Shown: one piece after another, positions 19,920 through 31,069 of the stretch
How the letters are laid out: every line of letters starts with the position of its first letter
How positions within the stretch are numbered: the first letter of the stretch is position 1
Source of the DNA: Nitrospirota bacterium
GTDB lineage: Bacteria > Nitrospirota > Nitrospiria > Nitrospirales > Nitrospiraceae
Length of the DNA stretch: 64,000 nt
Direction: 5' to 3'
NCBI GenBank assembly: GCA_963701855.1
Contig: CAVPBK010000006.1
Span: 448,001 to 512,000, forward strand
Program-made: the position numbers and the translations under genes
Notes under the pieces: generated by a model
Database searches by the model: none
Told to the model about the DNA's origin: nothing
Seen by the model: only the letters and a program-made list of their open reading frames with translations

Positions 19920-22097
19920 TCAACGTTCGGCTCGATGACACCCGGACACGAGTGCGTGATGCCGTACTTCGTCGGCCCGCATCTTCCCGCGCGTCCGTAA
20001 ATTCCGATACATGGCCAAGGCCCACAACGGAAAGTATTGGCAGTACCAATGGTAGCGGAGATAAAACACCCGAGGGAATCCAGTGCCTGTATGGCGGACC
20101 TCTTCCCACGACCCATCTTTCATCTGGTGACGGAGCAGATATTGGACGCCGCGAGCGACGCTGAAGGCGTCGGCCATCCCCGCTGACATAAGTCCCATGA
20201 TGGCCCAGGCCGTTTGAGAAGGTGAACTGTCTCCCTTCCCACTCCACGCAGGGTCGCCGTACGACAGGCACGACTCGCCCCATCCACCATCGGGATTCTG
20301 CTTCGACTCAAGCCAGGCGACCGCACGGCAAATATAGGGTTCCGAATGGTCCACCCCTATCGCACGGAGACCGGCCAGGACAGACCAGGTGCCATAGATA
20401 TAATTGACGCCCCACCGGCCATACCAACTCCCGTCGGTCTCCTGCTCTCGCTTGAGGAACCGGATAGCCGGCGCAACGGCGGGGTGCGTCCGATCGTAGC
20501 CCAACGTCCCAAGCATTTCGAGGCAGCGTCCGGTCAAGTCGGATGTGCTTGGATCGAGCAAGGCATGGTGGTCGGCAAATGGAATATAGTTGAAGACGAT
20601 GCGATTGTTGTCCTTGTCGTACGCCCCCCATCCACCATCGGACCCTTGCATGGCGAGCACCCAATTCATGCCTCGCCGGATGGATTCCTGCACGTCACCG
20701 GTATGCGCCATCTTGACTTTCGACAGCGCCATCAACACCACTGCCGAGTCATCCACATCGGGATAGAACTCGTTCTCGAACTGGAAGTACCAGCCTCCCG
20801 GTTCTGCATCGGGAGACGAGACCTTCCAATCTCCAACCGTTTTCGTTTGGCGAGAGACCAAATACGCACCCGCTTTCTGGAGGGATGGATGGTCCTGCGA
20901 CATCCCTGTCTCGATGAGGGCGTTCATGAGCAATGCCGTATCCCAGACTGGAGAGTGACAAGGCTGAAGATGCAGGGCTTCGACGCGCTGCTCGCCGATC
21001 GATACCGTGCTGTAGACTTCCAGCGATTCGATTTCTTGGAGCACCTTCCGAACCAATGGATCATCCGCCTGATACCCCAGACATTGCAGCGCCATAACCG
21101 AATTAGCCATGGCCGGATAAATGCTGCCCAACCCCCCGCTGCCCTTGATGCGTTCCAGCATCCAGGCCGCGGCGCGATGCAACGCTTTTTCGCGCAGCCG
21201 CATGAGAGGCATCCGGTCATACAGTTTCAGCATCGCATCCAATGCGACAAATAAATTGTGCGGGGTGAACCACTTTTGATCTTTGTTGAATGGCGGGAAT
21301 TTCCAATAGCGGATCTCCTTGCGCGGAATGAGATACAACTCCTCAATCCCCTGCTCCTGTGGAATCCGACAGACCGGGCGGTGCGCGAAGATGATCAGCA
21401 ATGGGGTTAGGACCGTACGGGACCAATAGGAAATGGCATAGATGTTGAAATAGAATCCCTTCGGGAGCAGCATCAGCTCAACCGGCATGTGGGGGATGCC
21501 TTCCCAATCGTATTGATCGAACAGCGCCAGCGCAATCTTGGTAAACACATTCGTTTGGACCACTCCACCCTTTGCGAGGATACAGTCTTTGGCTCGCACC
21601 ATGAAGGGCTCATCTATAGGCACCCCGCTCAACTTCAAGGCGAAATAGGCTTTCACAGAGGCGCTGATCTCCGAGGGCCCTCCATAGAAAATCGGCCAGC
21701 CGCCATCGGGCGATTGCATGGCACGGAGATAGAGAACAGCCTTGCGCTCTCGCTCGGGATCGACCCGGTCGAGAAACCGCCGCAGCATGAGATATTCAGC
21801 CGTCAGTGTCGTATCAGCTTCAAGCTCTGCAACCCAGTAGCCCTCTGCTGGATGTTGTCTGGACAACATCCAGGCTTGACTGCGCCGAACTGCGTCGTCA
21901 AGCGCATCCACTTGACTCATCGAATGGTTGGGGGAGCGGCGTGCTGTGGTCTCGACCGGAGACGAGGGCAGGGGTTTATCCGATACCAGTCGCAGCGGAG
22001 ACACGTTGCTGGGCTCGGTCGCCAGCTCTAGCTTCTCCGACATGGAAACGAAGAAGTTCTCGGAGAGACGATCCAGAAGCGTTCGAATCAGCTTCAT
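19920..22097 (-). CDS. shc: Squalene-hopene cyclase
   Basis: DVDDSA catalytic motif, QW repeats, SPVWDT, TGTGFP. Confidence 0.97.
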   Translation of the reverse strand: MKLIRTLLDRLSENFFVSMSEKLELATEPSNVSPLRLVSDKPLPSSPVETTARRSPNHSMSQVDALDDAVRRSQAWMLSRQHPAEGYWVAELEADTTLTAEYLMLRRFLDRVDPERERKAVLYLRAMQSPDGGWPIFYGGPSEISASVKAYFALKLSGVPIDEPFMVRAKDCILAKGGVVQTNVFTKIALALFDQYDWEGIPHMPVELMLLPKGFYFNIYAISYWSRTVLTPLLIIFAHRPVCRIPQEQGIEELYLIPRKEIRYWKFPPFNKDQKWFTPHNLFVALDAMLKLYDRMPLMRLREKALHRAAAWMLERIKGSGGLGSIYPAMANSVMALQCLGYQADDPLVRKVLQEIESLEVYSTVSIGEQRVEALHLQPCHSPVWDTALLMNALIETGMSQDHPSLQKAGAYLVSRQTKTVGDWKVSSPDAEPGGWYFQFENEFYPDVDDSAVVLMALSKVKMAHTGDVQESIRRGMNWVLAMQGSDGGWGAYDKDNNRIVFNYIPFADHHALLDPSTSDLTGRCLEMLGTLGYDRTHPAVAPAIRFLKREQETDGSWYGRWGVNYIYGTWSVLAGLRAIGVDHSEPYICRAVAWLESKQNPDGGWGESCLSYGDPAWSGKGDSSPSQTAWAIMGLMSAGMADAFSVARGVQYLLRHQMKDGSWEEVRHTGTGFPRVFYLRYHWYCQYFPLWALAMYRNLRTRGKMRADEVRHHALVSGCHRAER

Positions 22098-22291
22098 CGT
22101 ATCAGTCTGTGGAACACTGTGGGTGGATGGGACGATGCGGGTAACTCGCTTCGCCCCCGTTTAATAAAGTTACATAAAGCTCAATCTACGAGCGGCACGC
22201 TCATAGATCTGCCTGCCTAGGGCTATATAGCAGACCCCCTGCTAGAAGGTCAAGAAACTGAAAGACGGAAGTCCTCTGAAGTACGAATGTT

Positions 22292-25200
22292 TTAGCCAGT
22301 CCTGTCTGCATAGACCGGCTGCAAATTGTTCAGTCTTACTGAGAGGACTTTTGAGATGCCCGGCTCTTCCATCGTGACTCCAAACAACGAATCTGCAATG
22401 GCCATCGTCGCCTTGCTATGGGTGATGACCATAAACTGCGCACCTTCAGAAAGTTCATGCAAGACACCGGTAAAGCGCCCGATGTTCTCTTCGTCCAGCG
22501 GCGCGTCGATTTCATCGAGTATACAGAACGGCGTCGGCTTGATCAGGAAACTCGCAAAGAGCAGAGCCATCGCCGTCAAGGTCTTCTCACCGCCCGAGAG
22601 CATGGTGATACTCTTCAAGCGTTTGCCCGGTGGTTGCACCACGATATCGACTCCCGGCTCCTGCGGTCCACCCCCTTCTATCGTCTCATCCGCCTGCGCT
22701 TCAACCAGTTGGAGTTCAGCCCGGCCACCAGGGAAGAACTTCACGAACACCTCACTGAATTTCTGCTGGAGCTCAGCAAACGTACCGGCAAACATGTCTT
22801 TCGTGGTGCGGTTGATGCGCTGAATGATTTCTTTGAGTGAACCGATGGAGGTGGAAAGATCCTGTTCCTGCGTCGTCAGGAATCGATACCGTTCATCCAG
22901 CTCTTGATGTTCGTGAATGGCAGCCAAATTGATCGGTCCCAGGCGATCGAGCTTCTCGCGAATCTTCTGAAGTTGCTCCCGTAACGCCAGCTCATTGACC
23001 GCCGGAGGCTCTGCCGGAATCGGCTCTTCCCCCAGAGGCAGCTGGTCTGATGTCAGCTCCCCAGCCGGCGCATCGAACAACGTTACGAGATCGACCTGGT
23101 ACGTTCCCAAGAGCGTGGACTCGACGGTTCCCAATTGCATCCGAACTTCCGCCTTCTTGACCTCCACCGCCATACGGGACTCGCGAAGAGACGTCACCGC
23201 GCGACGAATATCCTCCAGCCGGGTATCGAGCTGATGCGCCGCCGCCATGTCCTGCGCCTGTTCTTCTTGAAGTTCGACCAGCCGAGCCTTTATCTGGGCT
23301 GCCGATCCGCCGAATTCCCGACAACGCGCCTCTTGGCTCTCACGTTCAATCCGGCTCTGTTCGATCGAAGCCGTGAGCCCTTCGACATGGCGTGTCAGCG
23401 TCTCAATACGCACGGTCGCGTCTTGTTGCTGTTGCTGAATCCTCAGAAGGTCGCGATGGCGATGCTCACGGGTCGTCCGAACTTCCTGCGCCACTAATTG
23501 CGCCTCTGTGAATCGCTGCTGCAGACCCTGCATGCCGTGATCGATCTGCTCCACTCGCGCGCGCACACGGCTGAGCCCGGCTTCCTGGCCGTCCTTCTCC
23601 GCTATCCACTGTGCAAGCTGCGCTTCACCGGAGCGCACATCATGATTAAGCCGCTGCGTTTCCACTGAGCCTCGGTGCTCATCATCCGTCAATGCATCGA
23701 TCCGCAGGGCAAGATCTCCCAGCACATGCTGGAACCCGGCTTCATCTTTTCGCAGCGAGAGCCCCTGCATTTCAGCATCACGCAGCGACTCCATGAGTTG
23801 CCGGCTCTGCTCTCGCAACTCCTGTCCCTGTGCCAGCAATCGTTCTCGTCGCTGCTTCCCTTCTTCAAGACCTCCTGTCAACGAGAGGCGCTGGGCGTCC
23901 AGGTCAAGCACCTCTCGGCGCCGTTGCAGCAGCCCCCCCGTTGCGCTGGTCTGTCCACCGATGATCACTCCGGCCGCATCCAAAGTTTCCCCTGCACGCG
24001 TCACGAAGATAGGCCCATCAGGGGCCGCACAAGACTGTTGCTCCCACAATGCCGTTGCGTCCTTGAGGGTGTCGACGAACACAATTCGATCGAAGAGATA
24101 GTCACGAGCCGCTTTGCGCTCACCCTGTACAGGGATCAAATCGACCGCACGTCCGACCACACCGAGCCGGCCCTCCATCGCGGCCCACCACGGATGAGGC
24201 GCCGTGTCCCGCGGCGTCCAGCGAGGCTGCTGCGGGATGAACGCACCGCGACCGAGATCTTTCCCTTTGAGAAATTCGATCGCCTCACACGCCGCGGCAG
24301 GACTGTCGACAAACCAGCCCCTGACTCGCTCGCCCAAAATCGCTTCCACCGCACGGTCCCATCCTGGAGGCACGACCAACCACTCGGCAATGGCATCACG
24401 AACCCCGGTACAGACTTTGAGCGCCGTCGATTCTTCGTCACCGCGCCGCCCATACCCCATATCTTCTTGCAGCACGCCTTGCAGCGCTTTGAGATGAGAG
24501 TCCACTGCAGCCAACTCTTCCGACTGGCGAAAGACCAACTGATCGACCTCAGCTAACTCGGCCGATACCTGTCCGTTCTTTTCCTCAACTTCCTGCTGCT
24601 GCCGACGCAGGTCGGCTACCAAACGCTCCGCGTCATGGCAGGCCTGCTGAAGCCCCTGGCGCTTATCCGTTGCCGTAACATGCTGCAGCTGAAAGTTTTC
24701 CCGTTCACGAACCAACCGGCCTTCTCAAGCCGCCGCCTCTTGAATCCGTGTGGCTAATTGCACCAGGGTTTGTTCAGTATTCGCAACCAATACCGCCAGG
24801 TCGAGTACGTCACGACGCCCTCGTTCTTCCTCAGCCAGAGCTGTGGTTCGTTGATGAACCAACTCTTTCATTTCTCGGTCGAGCGTTGCGAACACCTGCT
24901 CCCGCTCAGCACATTCATGCTCGAGCGTGGCCAACGTCTCTTCAAGGGCTGCAGCCTCTGCCGCACCCTGCTGCCGTTCCTGGATGAGACGCTCAAGTTC
25001 TTCCCCTCCCTGGCTCTGCTGCTGCGCATAGAGTTCACCGCGGTTACGTTCGACTTCCGCAGCCGTCAGCGCCCGCGCCTGTTGCTGTTCAACTCTCGAC
25101 AGTTCCTCACGCTGTTGCCCGATCGCCTCATTCGCAGTGGCAATCGCTAGCTTGACCTGCTCGAGTTCTATATTCAGGTGCGCGAGTTCAGCGGACCGTT

Positions 25201-25996
25201 CGGATTCATGGTCCCCCAACATTTGTAACTCCGACTCCACTTCCTTGAGCGTGGTTCGGAGGACGCGGTATTCGTTGGTCAACAACTGGATCTCCAACGA
25301 CTTGGCCTCTTGGTGCAACGCCTGATAGGACCGCGCCTGCCGTGCCTGTCGCTCGAGAGAATTCAACTGCTTTTTCACCTCAGCAACGATGTCCCGAACC
25401 CGCAAGAGGTTTTGCTGCGTCGCATCCAGCTTGCGCAACGTTTCGGCCTTCTGTTTCTTATAGCGAATGATGCCCGCGGTTTCTTCGATCAACTCGCGCC
25501 GATCTTGCGGTGACGCGTTCAGAATCTGGTCGATCTGCCCCTGCGCAATAACCGTGTGCCCTTTTGTTCCGGCCCTGGTATCCAGCAGAATGCTCCTGAT
25601 ATCCTTCAACCGGCAGACAGTCTTATTGATAAGGTATTCGCTCTCGCCATTGCGGTATAGGCGGCGCGTAATCATGAGTTCTTGATACTCCGACAGCTGG
25701 CTCGAAAGACCGGATAGGGGATCTAGATGGATCCGATCCAGCCCACTGATCACGAGCGACACTTCCGCCAGGCCGAGAGGCTTTCGCATTTCGGTCCCGT
25801 TAAAAATCACATCTTCCATCTTTTCGCTGCGTAACGCCTTCGTGCTCTGCTCGCCAAGCACCCAAAGGATCGCGTCAACGACATTACTTTTTCCGCTCCC
25901 GTTTGGTCCTACGATCGCAGTGACGCCATCGGGAAATTCTATCCGGGCTTCAGCGAACGACTTAAACCCCACCATTTCAAGTGATTTCAAATACAT
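22292..25996 (-). pseudogene. smc: Chromosome segregation protein SMC, interrupted by one in-frame TGA at 24725-24727
   Basis: N-half GFKSF, GPNGSGKSN; C-half hinge, LSGGEK, LDEIDAPLD; both ORFs are in the same frame (...GCG GCT TGA GAA GGC CGG TTG...). Confidence 0.85.
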
Positions 25997-26159
25997 CGGA
26001 GACTCCTTCGGTAGCCTGCCTGGGAGAACTCAAGCGGATAGAACGGCTGGTTTTGTAGCACATACTTAGAAGGGAAATCAAAGAAAAATACTGCCGGTGG
26101 TAGGCGCGAGGAGCGGGACCTACAATATTTGGGGAATGGAACGGTGGCGAGAAATGCGG

Positions 26160-27122
26160 TTATCCCACCTGAGCCCCGACTGATTTGCCGGAAGACTCAA
26201 TGGTGATCAATTCCTTGGGAAGAAGAAACTCTACGTCCTCTTCAATTACCGTCAGGTCTTGAACCTCGGCGGTCCCAAAGGTCTTGAGATACGTCACCAC
26301 TTCTTCAACCAACACCTCGGGCGCTGAAGCACCGGCAGTGATCCCGACAGCTTGCACGTTCGTGAGCCAGGCTGGATTAATGTCGGACGCGGCATCGATC
26401 AAGTAGGACGCAATTCCACACTGCTCCCCCAACTCACGTAGACGGTTGGAGTTCGAGCTATTCGGGGAACCGATGACGAGAATGACGTCCACCAGCTTGG
26501 AGAGTTCCTTCACCGCATTCTGACGGTTCTGCGTCGCGTAACAAATATCTTCCTGATGCGGCCCCTTGATGTGCGGAAACCGCTTGTGAAGCGCACCGAC
26601 GATATCCCGGCACTCATCGACGCTCAGCGTCGTTTGCGTGACATAGGAGAGATCGTGGACGTTATCGACATGCAGCTTCTCGACATCGGCTACGGAGGAG
26701 ACCAGGTGGAACTTGTCCGGAATCTGTCCAAGTGTCCCGATCACTTCAGGGTGGCCGGCATGGCCGATCAGAATGAGATCATACCCTTGCGTATAGTCGC
26801 GGTTGACCTCGTTATGCACTTTGATGACCAATGGACAGGTGGCATCGATCACATGCAGTCGGCGCCGATTCGCTTCGTCCCAAACCGACTTGGCAACCCC
26901 ATGGGCGCTGAAGATCACAACCGAACCTTCCGGCACTTCTCCCAACTCCTCCACAAACACAGCGCCCTTGGTGCGAAGCGAGTTCACGACATGCCGGCTA
27001 TGGACGATTTCGTGCCGAACGTAGATCGGTGCCCCATACTTTTTGAGGGAGAGGTCAACGATATCGATTGCCCGATCGACTCCGGCGCAGAACCCTCGTG
27101 GATTGGCGAGATAGATCTTCAT
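26160..27122 (-). CDS. ispH: HMBPP reductase
   Basis: [28 protein letters not shown]. Confidence 0.97.
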   Translation of the reverse strand: MKIYLANPRGFCAGVDRAIDIVDLSLKKYGAPIYVRHEIVHSRHVVNSLRTKGAVFVEELGEVPEGSVVIFSAHGVAKSVWDEANRRRLHVIDATCPLVIKVHNEVNRDYTQGYDLILIGHAGHPEVIGTLGQIPDKFHLVSSVADVEKLHVDNVHDLSYVTQTTLSVDECRDIVGALHKRFPHIKGPHQEDICYATQNRQNAVKELSKLVDVILVIGSPNSSNSNRLRELGEQCGIASYLIDAASDINPAWLTNVQAVGITAGASAPEVLVEEVVTYLKTFGTAEVQDLTVIEEDVEFLLPKELITIESSGKSVGAQVG

Positions 27123-27258
27123 AACCGCCCCCTTCTCCTGAACTCGGTACAGGGTCACATTTCTGCCCGCACATACTCACAGATCACCGATGTCCACCTT
27201 ACGTCAGAGCAGCGGGCCTCGTCAACTGAATTGGCCCGTGACTCTCTCCCGGTCCGTC

Positions 27259-27287
27259 TTGACACGATGCTTTCTCCCTCGTAGGCT
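27259..27287 (+). promoter_or_regulatory. sigma-70-type promoter of the response regulator
   Basis: TTGACA-17 bp-TAGGCT. Confidence 0.5.
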
Positions 27288-27300
27288 CACACTACCATCT

Positions 27301-27999
27301 ATGCCAAGCCCCACAAACAAGAAAATCCTCATCGTTGAAGATGAGCCCGACATTCTCCAACTAGTCAAACTGTATTTGGAGAAAGACGGCTTTCAAACCG
27401 TATCGGCCAAGACCGGTATGGAAGGCCTCCAGCAAGTGAAACAGGAGAAGCCCGATTTGGTTGTTCTCGACTTGATGCTGCCAGAGATCGACGGGTTGGA
27501 GGTCTGCAAACGCCTTCGATCGGCCCCAGCAACCGCGATGCTCCCCATCATCATGCTGACAGCCAAAGCCGAAGAATCGGATACCATCATCGGCCTGGAG
27601 CTGGGAGCCGATGATTATGTCACCAAACCATTTAGCCCCAAGACGCTGGTTGCCCGCATCAAGGCCCTCTTTCGACGGCTTGAGCGGAAACCGGACGACA
27701 GCCCGGCCCAATATCGCTATGGTAATCTCGTCATGGATCTCGCGCGGCACGAAGTTACTGTGAAGAAGATGGAGGTCCCCCTCACAGCGAAGGAATTCGG
27801 CCTGCTCGAACATCTGTTGCGCAATCCTGGCAGGGTCCTGACCAGAGACATCCTCCTGAATACCGTCTGGGGATACGATTACTACGGAACGACGAGGACG
27901 GTCGATGTCCATATCCGAAGACTCAAGCAAAAACTCCCCTCGCTCAACGAGGCGATTATTTCGGTCAAATCCCTGGGGTATAAACTGAAGGAGCAGTGA
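27301..27999 (+). CDS. OmpR/PhoB-family response regulator
   Basis: VEDE, LDLMLP, GADDYVTKPF, TRTVDVHIRRL. Confidence 0.93.
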   Translation: MPSPTNKKILIVEDEPDILQLVKLYLEKDGFQTVSAKTGMEGLQQVKQEKPDLVVLDLMLPEIDGLEVCKRLRSAPATAMLPIIMLTAKAEESDTIIGLELGADDYVTKPFSPKTLVARIKALFRRLERKPDDSPAQYRYGNLVMDLARHEVTVKKMEVPLTAKEFGLLEHLLRNPGRVLTRDILLNTVWGYDYYGTTRTVDVHIRRLKQKLPSLNEAIISVKSLGYKLKEQ

Positions 28000-28072
28000 T
28001 GCGTTATGGGTGAAAAGTGATGGGGAAAGCCCCCTACCCTTCGCTCATCGCTCATCACCCACCACTGTCACT

Positions 28073-29911
28073 ATGACACTCTCCATCCGATGGAAGGTCA
28101 CAATCGGAGCCCTGTTGGTCCTCGCCTGTGGGCTTCTCATCGCCAGGACCCTGGCGGTTCGCTCCCTCGATCAACAGGAGATCGTCCAATCGGGCCAGAT
28201 ACTGGAGGCTCAAACCAGTCTCATCGCTTATGGGCTGCAGCCGTTTCTGACACAACCAGGGGCGCTGTCCTCGACCCCCCAATTACAAGCGGCCGTACGA
28301 GATCTCAGCGCGCGTGCCCTCGCACGCGTGACCATCATTGCTCCGGATGGACGGGTGTTGGCCGACAGCGCCGTCTCAGATAGCAACCTCGCTACGGTTG
28401 AAAACCATCGGGCTCGATCGGAAATTCAGCAAGCCATTGCCACCGGGCACGGGACAGACCTCCACACAAATCACACGACCGGTGAGCGCACGCTGTATCT
28501 GGCTGTCGGTCTGGGCGGCGCAACCCAGGCGACGCCATCCGTCTTCTTGAGGCTGGGGTTACCGATGACCACATTCGATCGTGAAGTGGACAAATTGCGC
28601 CAGAACTTGTCCCTCGCCTTCGGAACTGCATTCTTGATTGCCGTCGTGCTGAGTGTGTGGCTCGCTCACAGCATCACGAAGCCCTTGTCCGATATTACGA
28701 TCGCTGCGCAGCAGCTGGCGAAGGGCGGTCATGCCATCCGCATTCGAACCGGATCGCGTGATGAAGTCGGCCTCTTAGCCGACACGCTCAACTATATAAC
28801 GGACCAACTGAGAAACAAGATCGATGAACTGTCTGAAGATCGATCCCAGCTCTTGGCCATGCTGACCTCAATGGTCGAAGGCGTGATGGTCCTGGACCGT
28901 CGAGGACGCGTGCTGCAAATCAATCCTGCGCTGGAACGAATGTTCGACGTGACCAGGATGGAAGCGCGAGGACACCCCTGCTCCGATGTCTTCCGGCATC
29001 CTCAGTTGGATACGTTGGTCTCAACGGTCCTGACGAAACGCGTGAACGAAGAAGATGAAATTCTCCTGCACCCGAGTGGCCGACGTCTCCATATCGAGGC
29101 CTCGGTGACTGAGTCCGATCGAGAGAACGACGCGTGTGCGGTACTGGTCTTTCACGACATGACAGAATTACGACGCCTGGAAATTATCCGGAAAGATTTC
29201 GTCGCCAACGTGTCCCACGAGTTGAGAACCCCACTCACGTCAATCAAGGGGTATATCGAAGCCTTGCTCGATGGCGCCAAAAATGATCCTGAGACCAATA
29301 CGCAATTTCTCAACATCATTCTCAAGCAAAGCGACCGGCTGAACCTGATTTTAGAAGACCTTCTCCAGCTGTCGAAAATCGAATCAGGACAGGTCCAGTT
29401 CAAGCGCGAGCCGCTTCATCTTCAGAGTGTCATCGAACGAACGCTGGCCATGATCAGGCCCTTAGCAGAAAAGAAGGGGCACCGGCTCGTCTCCTTTGTG
29501 GAGGAAAATCTTCCTGCGGTGCTCGGCGACGAAGACCGGCTGATACAAATCCTGTCCAACTTGCTCGATAATGCTGTCAAATACACTCCCGATAAAGGGA
29601 CCATCACCGTGGCGGCCCACCCGGTTTCAGACGATGCCGAACAGCACGCGATTGTCACGGCTGTGGAACTGAGCGTGACCGATACCGGCATGGGAATTCC
29701 TGAAATGGATCGCCCGCGCGTATTCGAACGATTCTATCGCGTCGATAAGGCCCGCTCGCGTGAGTTAGGTGGAACAGGGCTCGGGCTGGCAATCGTCAGA
29801 CACATCGTCGAGGGTCTAGGCGGGCGGGTGTGGGCCGAAGCGAACGTCCCAACCGGCAGCCGTTTCGTCGTCAGGCTACCTGTCCAACAAATCGGTCACC
29901 CGGTCAGCTAA
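28073..29911 (+). CDS. PhoR-like sensor histidine kinase (HAMP-PAS-HisKA-HATPase)
   Basis: FVANVSHELRTPLT, NLLDNAVKY, FERFYRVDKARSR, GTGLGL. Confidence 0.93.
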   Translation: MTLSIRWKVTIGALLVLACGLLIARTLAVRSLDQQEIVQSGQILEAQTSLIAYGLQPFLTQPGALSSTPQLQAAVRDLSARALARVTIIAPDGRVLADSAVSDSNLATVENHRARSEIQQAIATGHGTDLHTNHTTGERTLYLAVGLGGATQATPSVFLRLGLPMTTFDREVDKLRQNLSLAFGTAFLIAVVLSVWLAHSITKPLSDITIAAQQLAKGGHAIRIRTGSRDEVGLLADTLNYITDQLRNKIDELSEDRSQLLAMLTSMVEGVMVLDRRGRVLQINPALERMFDVTRMEARGHPCSDVFRHPQLDTLVSTVLTKRVNEEDEILLHPSGRRLHIEASVTESDRENDACAVLVFHDMTELRRLEIIRKDFVANVSHELRTPLTSIKGYIEALLDGAKNDPETNTQFLNIILKQSDRLNLILEDLLQLSKIESGQVQFKREPLHLQSVIERTLAMIRPLAEKKGHRLVSFVEENLPAVLGDEDRLIQILSNLLDNAVKYTPDKGTITVAAHPVSDDAEQHAIVTAVELSVTDTGMGIPEMDRPRVFERFYRVDKARSRELGGTGLGLAIVRHIVEGLGGRVWAEANVPTGSRFVVRLPVQQIGHPVS

Positions 29912-29912
29912 T

Positions 29913-30010
29913 AGGCTGCTGAAAAAGCCCGCCAGCAGAAGAAGACTGTTAGTTGGTTTGTTTGGTTGAACCTGATAGACCGAATAGACCAGATAAACCA
30001 AATGAACAGG
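29913..30010 (+). repeat. Partial MITE-like repeat related to 34423-34554
   Basis: Starts AGGCTGCTGAAAAAGCCCGCCA followed by low-complexity GGTTT/AAACC tracts. Confidence 0.6.
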
Positions 30011-30017
30011 ACAGGCC

Positions 30018-31016
30018 TTACCACCGAACCAACCCTGCTGCCCACGTCACGCCACCGCCAAAACTTCCCAACAGAACGATGTCGTGGGGCATAATTCTTC
30101 CCGAACGGACTGCATGGTCGAGCGCGATCGGCAATGACGCTGACGACGTATTGCCGTAGCGCCCAATCACGGAACAGACCCGTTCAGGCGAGACTCCAAG
30201 CCGCTTTGTAAGCTGGTCAAGAATCCGCCCGTTGGCTTGGTGCAAGACCAGCTGTGCGATATCGCGCACATCGATACCGAACTCTTTCACGATCTCGCGG
30301 ATGACTTGCTCCAATCGCTTGACCGCCAGACGAAAGAGCGGCGCCCCTTGCATCCGCAACGTATGGCTCTTCGCCTCAACCGTCCCTGACGTCGTCGGCC
30401 GGCGCGATCCGCCTGCAGGAATCGTAATCAGGCCATGCTGGGCGCCGTCCGCGTGAAGACGAACCCCCAAAATCCCTTGACTCAGCTGGCCTGCCTCCGG
30501 CTCGCCCCGCAACAGGGCTGCGCCGGCCCCATCGCCAAATAAAAGAGCCGTATCACCATCGGCAGGATCGACGGAGCGAGACTTCACTTCCGCGGCCACT
30601 ACCAAACAGGTTTTGACCTGCCCGCTCCGAATCATTGCGTCGGCCATCGAGAGTCCATAGAGAAAGCCTGAACAGGACGCCGCCACGTCGAATGCCGGTA
30701 TTGTGGAACAACCGAGCATGCGCTGAACATGACAGGCAGTGGAAGGAAAGACCGAGTCGGGAGAGGTTGTCGAAAGCACGATCGCCCCCAGCTCAGAAAC
30801 CGGGAGTCCGGCAGCCTCAAGCGCCGGTCGCGCTGCTTTCACCGCAAGATCGGAAGACGCTTGGGATTCAGCAGCCTTGCGCCGCTCCTGAATTCCTGTT
30901 AAGCGAGCGACAATCGCCGGCTCAATGCCTAATGAAGCCCCTACCTCGCGATTCGACACCACCCGTTCAGGAAGGTATGAACCCGTTCCAATAATTCTCG
31001 TTCGTATCATCTGCAT
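30018..31016 (-). CDS. fabH: 3-oxoacyl-ACP synthase III
   Basis: ASCSGF, FGDGAGA, HQAN, GNTSSAS. Confidence 0.93.
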   Translation of the reverse strand: MQMIRTRIIGTGSYLPERVVSNREVGASLGIEPAIVARLTGIQERRKAAESQASSDLAVKAARPALEAAGLPVSELGAIVLSTTSPDSVFPSTACHVQRMLGCSTIPAFDVAASCSGFLYGLSMADAMIRSGQVKTCLVVAAEVKSRSVDPADGDTALLFGDGAGAALLRGEPEAGQLSQGILGVRLHADGAQHGLITIPAGGSRRPTTSGTVEAKSHTLRMQGAPLFRLAVKRLEQVIREIVKEFGIDVRDIAQLVLHQANGRILDQLTKRLGVSPERVCSVIGRYGNTSSASLPIALDHAVRSGRIMPHDIVLLGSFGGGVTWAAGLVRW

Positions 31017-31069
31017 GAAGACTATCGGTTCGCTGCAAGATTCGGCGGGATTATAAGTCTCGGTGCTAC

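Noticed and set aside
19867..20283. N-terminal extension of hpnG
   Set aside because: Overlaps shc in another frame; phosphorylase similarity starts at GTG 19866
24690..24727. Selenocysteine recoding of the smc TGA
   Set aside because: Position is in a coiled coil, not a Cys site; no convincing SECIS hairpin
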